Source: a virus (taxonomy: Duplodnaviria > Heunggongvirae > Uroviricota > Caudoviricetes). Taken from it: 64,000 nucleotides of DNA. Where the stretch lies: the IMG/VR virus record IMGVR_UViG_3300017700_000469, positions 1 through 64,000 of that record. One strand, 5' to 3'. Positions 58,649 to 64,000 of this stretch are shown here, piece after piece. The translations under genes were made by a program, and so were the position numbers. The stretch's first letter is position 1. The number at the start of each line of letters is the position of its first letter. Below the pieces are notes generated by a model, which was given only the letters and a program-made list of their open reading frames with translations, was not told where the DNA came from and ran no database searches.

Positions 58649-58686
58649 AATTCAAGATTACGTCAGCTTCGACCGATGTCAAACGA
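58648..58686 (-). promoter_or_regulatory. Conserved early promoter/operator copy 3 (TTGACA-16-TAATCT)
   Basis: The - strand reads cgtttgacatcggtcgaagctgacgtaatcttgaattg. Confidence 0.5.
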
Positions 58687-58689
58687 GAA

Positions 58690-59763
58690 TTACAGACTGC
58701 CGAACACTTCTTTGCACGATCCCTGCCCGTTCATCATGCAAAACACGCATTCGCAAGGCGTGGTCGGGCTCTCAACGCCCGTGAACTCGACGTTGAGGCG
58801 ACGCCACATCTCCAACCGGTTGACTCGCTGCTCGGCTTCACGCTTCTTCTGTGCGGCCTTGGCCTCGGCGTCAGCTTCGGCCCGCGTCTTGAAGCCGAGC
58901 TTGACCAACTCGTCTAGGTCGAGATCGGTGCCGATGTTCAGGTACGGGTCGCCGTCATCGAGATCGGCCACGACTCGCAGCACGGAGTCATCGTCGAACT
59001 GGATCAGGAACGATCGCCAAGCGGATTCAACGCGCTTGACCGTCTTACCGACCGTCTCTTCGAGATCAATGGTCTTGTTGCTCGGTCTGGCCTTAGGCAC
59101 CACGCGAGTCCGGTCGGGCCGGGCCATCTCGGCGTCCTCGGGATTCGCAGCGAAGCTCATGGCGGCGATATTCGCCAGCGACACGCCGTGCGATGTCGCA
59201 TGAGCGCGGGCCGCAGCCTCGGACGGATGGTAGAACGGCGAGGCTGCATCGATCCACACCCCGTCTTCGAGCAGGCATTCGATGTGATCGCCGACGATGC
59301 GGCCGATCCAGAAGCCCTCGGCATCGCGACTGATGGTGATCTGCGGGTGCTCTTCATCCACGACGGGTGGGCGGAAGTACAAAGTGCAGGCTGACGGCAA
59401 CACGGCACCGATGTTGCCCGGACCGAGCACGTCAAGGTCGGGCCGCTTCTCAGTCGGGTACATCTTGAAGCGGACGCCGGCCGTGACGTCGATCACTTCT
59501 CGACGGTGAGGCGGGTCGATACCGTCGATGACCACGATGTCGCCGGCCTGCGGCAACTCGCCGCTCGCGTACCGGTTGTGATCGCGGCCGGTGAGCGAGC
59601 ACCAACGGGCGCTGAAGCCTGCGGGCTCGCCGTTGAGTTCGACGGTGACTTCGTCGCCGTTACCGCTGTGCCAAATGACAGTGACGTCCTCGATCTTCTC
59701 TTCGTTGCGGACTTGGACGTCGATCGTGTCGCCGATGTGCGGGTGTTCGCCGGTCTTATACAT
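58690..59763 (-). CDS. Hypothetical protein with two YxTGE.P..GD.I modules (paralog of the next gene)
   Basis: MYKTGEHPHIGDTIDV and YASGELPQAGDIVVIDG. Confidence 0.45.
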   Translation of the reverse strand: MYKTGEHPHIGDTIDVQVRNEEKIEDVTVIWHSGNGDEVTVELNGEPAGFSARWCSLTGRDHNRYASGELPQAGDIVVIDGIDPPHRREVIDVTAGVRFKMYPTEKRPDLDVLGPGNIGAVLPSACTLYFRPPVVDEEHPQITISRDAEGFWIGRIVGDHIECLLEDGVWIDAASPFYHPSEAAARAHATSHGVSLANIAAMSFAANPEDAEMARPDRTRVVPKARPSNKTIDLEETVGKTVKRVESAWRSFLIQFDDDSVLRVVADLDDGDPYLNIGTDLDLDELVKLGFKTRAEADAEAKAAQKKREAEQRVNRLEMWRRLNVEFTGVESPTTPCECVFCMMNGQGSCKEVFGSL

Positions 59764-59772
59764 GGTGTCTCG

Positions 59773-60573
59773 TTATGAAGGGATGTGAGTCTTGGCGCGT
59801 TTGAGTGCGAACGGTTGGATGGCCGAGCACGGCATCCGCAAAGCGAAGACGATGGCTTCGTCACGCTTACCCTCACGGATCAGACGATCGATGGTGAGGA
59901 ATGTTTTGATTTCGAGGCAGCTATTGGCCAGCCTGATCGCCTTCGCGGCATCGGCCAGCACGACGGACTCATAGAGGTAGTCGAACGGGATCACTGCGTG
60001 TCCCATAGCGAAGGCGGTGATCTCTTCGCGAGTCGGCAGGTAGTGCCGCTTGGTCTTGATCTTTGACCACGTCCCGTCCGTCTCTAAGCCCCACTCGTAG
60101 TCGTTGTCCTTCGAGACGTAGAATCCCTCGCCGGTCCAGAGGATGTTGATCGGCGTGAACGGCATGTTGTTCGAGACCTGCCGAACCGGTGGATTGCCCG
60201 GCCCGCGCTCGATGAGCGTGCAGCGACTTGAGTTGACCGGATACTTGCCGTGGCTGTGCCTGTACCAAACGATGTGGCCGCTGACTTTGAAGACCGTGAC
60301 GTGCGATCCGCTCTCACCGACCATGATGACGTCGCCGACGCACGGCAGTTCACCACTGGCGTAGACTCGCGGACGCTTCACGAGGAAACATCGCGACGGC
60401 TTCTCCGTCTTGAGATGCTCGCCGAGCTTGAACCCTGGTCGGAACTGCACAAGTCCTTCGGCGACGATGGCCGACACCCTTCGTCGTTGGGTGTCAGTCC
60501 CTTCGGTGAGGATGTCGATGATGTCGCCGACCATCGGCGCTTCGCCAGTCTTGTACAAGAGAGTCATAGTCAA
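59773..60573 (-). CDS. Hypothetical protein with two YxTGE.P..GD.I modules (paralog of the previous gene)
   Basis: LYKTGEAPMVGDIIDIL and YASGELPCVGDVIMVGESG. Confidence 0.45.
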   Translation of the reverse strand: MTMTLLYKTGEAPMVGDIIDILTEGTDTQRRRVSAIVAEGLVQFRPGFKLGEHLKTEKPSRCFLVKRPRVYASGELPCVGDVIMVGESGSHVTVFKVSGHIVWYRHSHGKYPVNSSRCTLIERGPGNPPVRQVSNNMPFTPINILWTGEGFYVSKDNDYEWGLETDGTWSKIKTKRHYLPTREEITAFAMGHAVIPFDYLYESVVLADAAKAIRLANSCLEIKTFLTIDRLIREGKRDEAIVFALRMPCSAIQPFALKRAKTHIPS

Positions 60574-60592
60574 AATTATTGAGGCGTGAATG

Positions 60593-61024
60593 TTACGAGG
60601 CGATCAGGTGTCTCCACCGTTCCACGAACTTGCGGATGACGGTGATCTCTTTCTTGGAATAGACGCCCTCGACGCTGTCTTGGCCCTCTTCGATCAGGTC
60701 AAGCTCGGTGAGCACGGCCCAGACCACGTCTTCCGGCGTCTTAGCGTCGTCGGCCGCATCGCACGGCAGCGGCAACTCCATCTTGAGGTAGTCGGCGGTC
60801 GGCTTCGCCTTCTTACCCTTCGCGAGCTTCTCTTCGGGCGGTGCGTTCAGCGCTGCTCTCGCGGCCGAGCACGACGGGCAGCGGCATCCGGCCTTGGTGA
60901 GCCAGTCCTTGCCCGCCTTGGTGTCGGCGGCCTTGTGCTTCGCGGCTGTTGCCTTGAACCAGGGATCAGCCGCCGGCGGCACGGTCGGCTTCGCGGGCTT
61001 CTTTGGCTTGGGCGTCCGAGGCAT
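60593..61024 (-). CDS. Lys/Pro-rich hypothetical protein with a CRCPSC motif
   Basis: 143-aa ORF. Confidence 0.35.
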   Translation of the reverse strand: MPRTPKPKKPAKPTVPPAADPWFKATAAKHKAADTKAGKDWLTKAGCRCPSCSAARAALNAPPEEKLAKGKKAKPTADYLKMELPLPCDAADDAKTPEDVVWAVLTELDLIEEGQDSVEGVYSKKEITVIRKFVERWRHLIAS

Positions 61025-61186
61025 TGACGTACTCCGAGATGAGGCAGACGATCGAGGCGGTAGTGGCGACGGCGAAGGCGATGATGCCGAGCAGCGTGAA
61101 CATGCCGTTGACGCCGCAGATGTCGTAGACGAACTTGAGGATGCCGATGACGACGACGGTGAGCCAAGCAGCGGCGAGGTAGGTCT

Positions 61187-61351
61187 TCATTTGGTCTCAG
61201 TTGGTTTAACGAAGAGTTGGATCAAGACGAGGGCCAGGACGAGCAGGATCATTACGACTGCGGCACCGGTGAACCCGACCGACCAATACTGCACCGACAG
61301 CAGCGAGCCGCAGGCGACGATCAGTGCGGTGATGGCAAGGTTTTCCTGCAT
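61187..61351 (-). CDS. 54-aa double-TM mini membrane protein
   Basis: MQENLAITALIVACGSLLSVQYWSVGFTGAAVVMILLVLALVLIQLF. The 301-aa ORF-track call 61187..62092 is an Arg-rich out-of-frame artefact. Confidence 0.35.
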   Translation of the reverse strand: MQENLAITALIVACGSLLSVQYWSVGFTGAAVVMILLVLALVLIQLFVKPTETK

Positions 61352-62019
61352 CAGAAGTTCTCTTTCATCCAGGCTTCGCTCGGGCTCTTGACGGCGACGC
61401 CGTCCTTGACCACGTCCGAGAAGCGGCTGGGAAATTGGTTGAAGTAGGTGGTCGAGCCCTTCGAGTGGTTGTAGCGGCAGTTCACGATGATGCTCATGCT
61501 CAACGCGAAGCTGAGCCCTTCCTTGAGCTTCACGGAGATCAGACCCGTGATCGGGTTGCTGAGCGTGAGGCTCCCGCCGACAGCAGGCTTGGCTCGCGGG
61601 TGTTTGGCACAGGCGTTGTCGAGCTTCTTCGACTGCTTGATGATAAAGTGCGACTTGGCACTCGCGACGACGTCCAGAGCGTTCTTCTCGGCGAGGGCAT
61701 AGTCGATCGTGTGCGTGAGCTTCGTGATCTGCTCCCACCACTGCGCGTTGTCTTGGCCGGATGTGCGGAAGTCTTCGGGGTCTTTCTTGAGCTTGACGTA
61801 CTGGCCGGGCAGTGCCTTGCGACGGAGTTCGTCCTTGGCACGCCAGTTGAGCTTCGATTCGTCCGGCCACGGCTCGGTCTTCTTCGTCTCCCAGAACTTT
61901 CCTTGGCGTTCGGCGAGCCCTCGGAAGTCCGCGATCATGCGTTCCTTGAAGGCGGGCTCGATCTGCTCGAACATGGCCTTCAGGATCGACTCGAACGTCT
62001 TGATGCGGGTGGCGGACAT
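61351..62019 (-). CDS. 222-aa hypothetical protein (start refined to MSATRIKTF, RBS GGAG)
   Basis: First gene behind promoter copy 4. Confidence 0.45.
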   Translation of the reverse strand: MSATRIKTFESILKAMFEQIEPAFKERMIADFRGLAERQGKFWETKKTEPWPDESKLNWRAKDELRRKALPGQYVKLKKDPEDFRTSGQDNAQWWEQITKLTHTIDYALAEKNALDVVASAKSHFIIKQSKKLDNACAKHPRAKPAVGGSLTLSNPITGLISVKLKEGLSFALSMSIIVNCRYNHSKGSTTYFNQFPSRFSDVVKDGVAVKSPSEAWMKENF

Positions 62020-62042
62020 CGTCGTGCTCCGTGTTGTTTGGT

Positions 62043-62085
62043 GACAACTCAATCTTACACCAGCTTTGACGTCTGTCAAACCAAA
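62043..62085 (-). promoter_or_regulatory. Conserved early promoter/operator copy 4 (TTGACA-16-TAAGAT; perfect TTTGAC-agac-GTCAAA palindrome)
   Basis: The - strand reads ggtttgacagacgtcaaagctggtgtaagattgagttgtcacc. Confidence 0.55.
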
Positions 62086-62432
62086 ATATCAACGACCTGA
62101 ACGGGAATCCCTGCGGCCGTGGCCACGCTGACCATGTCGGCGGTGCCTCGGTTGCCAGGAAACGCTACGCAACGGTCCGGTTTGTCCTTCAGCATCGCTC
62201 GGTTGCGGATCAATCCCGCCCACGGCGTGCCGTATCTCTTCCAATTCGCAGGCCGACCGAGGCGTTCGATGCCTCGCGACTCAGCCCAGGCGTCGCACAG
62301 ACTGTCTGCGCCCTCGGCTCCACCGTGGATCAGCACGGCGATGCCCTCGTCCTCGTGTATGTGGTCGAGTACCCGAGCCACCGTCTCGGCGTCGGCGTAC
62401 TTTCGACCGCCGGTGACGAGAAGACGGATCAC
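62076..62432 (-). CDS. DUF2493-like SLOG-superfamily protein (Rossmann-like, DprA/LOG-related)
   Basis: LLVTGGRKY...VLIHGGAEGAD pattern. Confidence 0.45.
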   Translation of the reverse strand: MIRLLVTGGRKYADAETVARVLDHIHEDEGIAVLIHGGAEGADSLCDAWAESRGIERLGRPANWKRYGTPWAGLIRNRAMLKDKPDRCVAFPGNRGTADMVSVATAAGIPVQVVDILV

Positions 62433-62680
62433 AGCGTCTCGGCGGGTTCGGGGTTCTCACGCATGAAACGACGCTCAAGGCCGGCGGTCTGCCGCTCGAT
62501 GGCACGCACCTTTCGCCATCGGCGATCGACTTCGTAGTGTTCGAGCCTGCTCTGGTGGGCTTCGACGACGGCTTTACGAGCTTCAGTCTCGGCGAGGTAC
62601 GAGGCTTCGATCTGAGCGAGCGTGACGGGCTCGCGGATCAGGCCGAGCAGCTTGGCGATTCGGATCAGGATGTTCTTCAT
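62429..62680 (-). CDS. hypothetical helical protein
   Basis: 83-aa ORF. Confidence 0.35.
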   Translation of the reverse strand: MKNILIRIAKLLGLIREPVTLAQIEASYLAETEARKAVVEAHQSRLEHYEVDRRWRKVRAIERQTAGLERRFMRENPEPAETL

Positions 62681-62681
62681 G

Positions 62682-62879
62682 TTATGTGTCCTTGGAAGGT
62701 TGGAGAACGCACAGGGCAGCGGCAGTGAGCCCGATCGGCAGCACGAAGGTCAGAAGCGTGTACCCTACGGCCCTCGGCTCATAGTAAATCGCCATGCAGG
62801 CACCGCCGAGCAGGATGGCACCGCCGGCGATAGCCACGAACACGAGCCAGATGCGTGAGAGGATGCGGATGAACTTCAT
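62682..62879 (-). CDS. small double-TM membrane protein
   Basis: IWLVFVAIAGGAILLGGACMAIYY and LLTFVLPIGLTAAALCVL. Confidence 0.4.
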   Translation of the reverse strand: MKFIRILSRIWLVFVAIAGGAILLGGACMAIYYEPRAVGYTLLTFVLPIGLTAAALCVLQPSKDT

Positions 62880-62881
62880 GT

Positions 62882-63280
62882 CTACTTCCAGTCCGGGTAG
62901 AAGATGCCGCCGTTGCCGAACTCGTTGATGATCTCGATCGCCGCCACTCGCGGCAGTGCGCCCACGGCGTGAACGATCTCGGAAGGCATCGGCTTGACGG
63001 CGAGCTTCTGAATCGTCGCTTGGATTTCGGCGTCGGCACCCATTTGGAAGCCCGGCTCTTCACGCCAGACGCGAATGGTCCAGTTGCCGAGCTTCACCTT
63101 CGTCATCGTCTCGAAGACAGGGTTCTTCGGAACCGGTGTGCAGTCGAGCACGTCGGCCCACTGCTCGCGGCCACCCGGAGTCCTGAAGAGGACGCCCTGG
63201 GCGACGTCTCGCTCGACGACTTCGCAGCCGTACCATGTGTCGTCGCCTACTCGGACGCTGATCTTGTCGCCTCGCTTCAT
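62882..63280 (-). CDS. hypothetical protein
   Basis: 132-aa ORF. Confidence 0.4.
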   Translation of the reverse strand: MKRGDKISVRVGDDTWYGCEVVERDVAQGVLFRTPGGREQWADVLDCTPVPKNPVFETMTKVKLGNWTIRVWREEPGFQMGADAEIQATIQKLAVKPMPSEIVHAVGALPRVAAIEIINEFGNGGIFYPDWK

Positions 63281-63288
63281 GGTGTCTC

Positions 63289-63501
63289 TCAGTTGGGTAC
63301 GGGCATGTGGCCGACAGCATCACTGACCGTCTCGCGGGCCTTACGCAGCCCGAGGATCAATACGTCGATCTGGCCGTCCGGCGTCGGAGCTTCACGTTGC
63401 AGCTTCTTTGCAGCCGCGATGACGTCGGCGAGTTCGTTCATGCAACCGAAGAGGTTGGCACGAGCTTGTGCGATCTGAGCGGGTAGGTTCATCGTGCTCA
63501 C
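63289..63501 (-). CDS. hypothetical small protein
   Basis: 70 aa. Confidence 0.35.
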   Translation of the reverse strand: MSTMNLPAQIAQARANLFGCMNELADVIAAAKKLQREAPTPDGQIDVLILGLRKARETVSDAVGHMPVPN

Positions 63502-63707
63502 GAGATGGCGGTGACGGCTTTGACGGTGTGCTGCTTGGCTTCGGTGATCTTGTCGATCAGGCGGATCACGGCGTGCTCATCGGTATCCGGGCAGGTCTCG
63601 AAGACAGTGTGCTCGGCGTGGTGGGCGAGATCGGTGAGTTCGAGCGAGAGGCTGAGCATCGCCTTGCGGACGGCCTCGACTCGCAGTTCGACGTCTTGAA
63701 TGGTCAT
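63498..63707 (-). CDS. hypothetical small protein
   Basis: 69 aa, coupled to the upstream gene. Confidence 0.35.
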   Translation of the reverse strand: MTIQDVELRVEAVRKAMLSLSLELTDLAHHAEHTVFETCPDTDEHAVIRLIDKITEAKQHTVKAVTAIS

Positions 63708-63913
63708 GCTGTCTCCGTGGTGAAGCGTTCGAGAGCCTTGACGGCAACGGCGACACCAACACGAGCGTCCTCGGCATGGATGCAGTCATCGCTCGATTCA
63801 TCGCCATCGATCTCGCTGTCGAGGCGGTCGGCGATGACGTCGAGCTTGCCTTTGATGGTGAGAAGCTCGACGTGCAGGACGTTGAGTTCGAGGCGGGTGT
63901 CTTCAGTGGCCAT
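63704..63913 (-). CDS. hypothetical small acidic protein, first gene behind promoter copy 5
   Basis: 69 aa. Confidence 0.35.
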   Translation of the reverse strand: MATEDTRLELNVLHVELLTIKGKLDVIADRLDSEIDGDESSDDCIHAEDARVGVAVAVKALERFTTETA

Positions 63914-63931
63914 GATGTGCTCGTGCTAGGT

Positions 63932-63975
63932 GACAACTCAATCTTACACCAGCTTTGACCAGTGTCAAACTGTGC
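63932..63975 (-). promoter_or_regulatory. Conserved early promoter/operator copy 5 (TTGACA-16-TAAGAT)
   Basis: The - strand reads agtttgacactggtcaaagctggtgtaagattgagttgtcacc. Confidence 0.55.
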
Positions 63976-64000
63976 GTATAGATTTCGCCCGAGTGATTCA

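Overview
The whole 64 kb window looks like a high-GC (~60%) tailed-phage or prophage genome, most likely siphovirus-type. No host housekeeping genes and no tyrosine integrase are visible.

Layout: a + strand replication module sits at 0.5-5.9 kb with an HNH endonuclease, a prim-pol/D5-like helicase primase, a dNMP kinase-like protein and a DEDDh exonuclease. A complete structural module lies on the - strand from 27.2 kb down to 7 kb: TerL, portal, scaffold, major capsid, head-tail joining proteins, major tail, a 1268-aa tape measure, tail-tip proteins and a 1002-aa fibre-like protein. From 31 kb down to 27.3 kb, directly before the terminase in reading order, is a tandem array of six to seven small paralogous Gly/Thr/Ala-rich proteins of unknown function. 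At 31.6-34.9 kb (- strand) a lysis-like secretory cluster holds a thioredoxin lipoprotein, two putative Cys-peptidases and membrane/secreted proteins. Two tRNAs sit at ~35.1-35.5 kb. The 36.9-41.9 kb region (+ strand) carries small proteins including a second HNH, a second DEDDh exonuclease and a Tat-secreted protein. At 41.9-47.1 kb (- strand) are a GNAT, a third DEDDh exonuclease and a small serine recombinase, with direct repeats just past the recombinase in the 47.2-47.4 kb gap. The 51-64 kb region (mostly - strand) is packed with small, often translationally coupled early-type genes, including Zn-ribbon mini-proteins, a LuxR-family regulator and a DUF2493/SLOG-like protein.

Five near-identical sigma70-like promoters, each with an embedded TTTGAC-N4-GTCAAA palindrome, precede the - strand early operons; a sixth, diverged copy precedes the recombinase. 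Calls rest on reading the supplied ORF translations and the raw sequence by eye. No database searches were run, so family assignments are motif-based.
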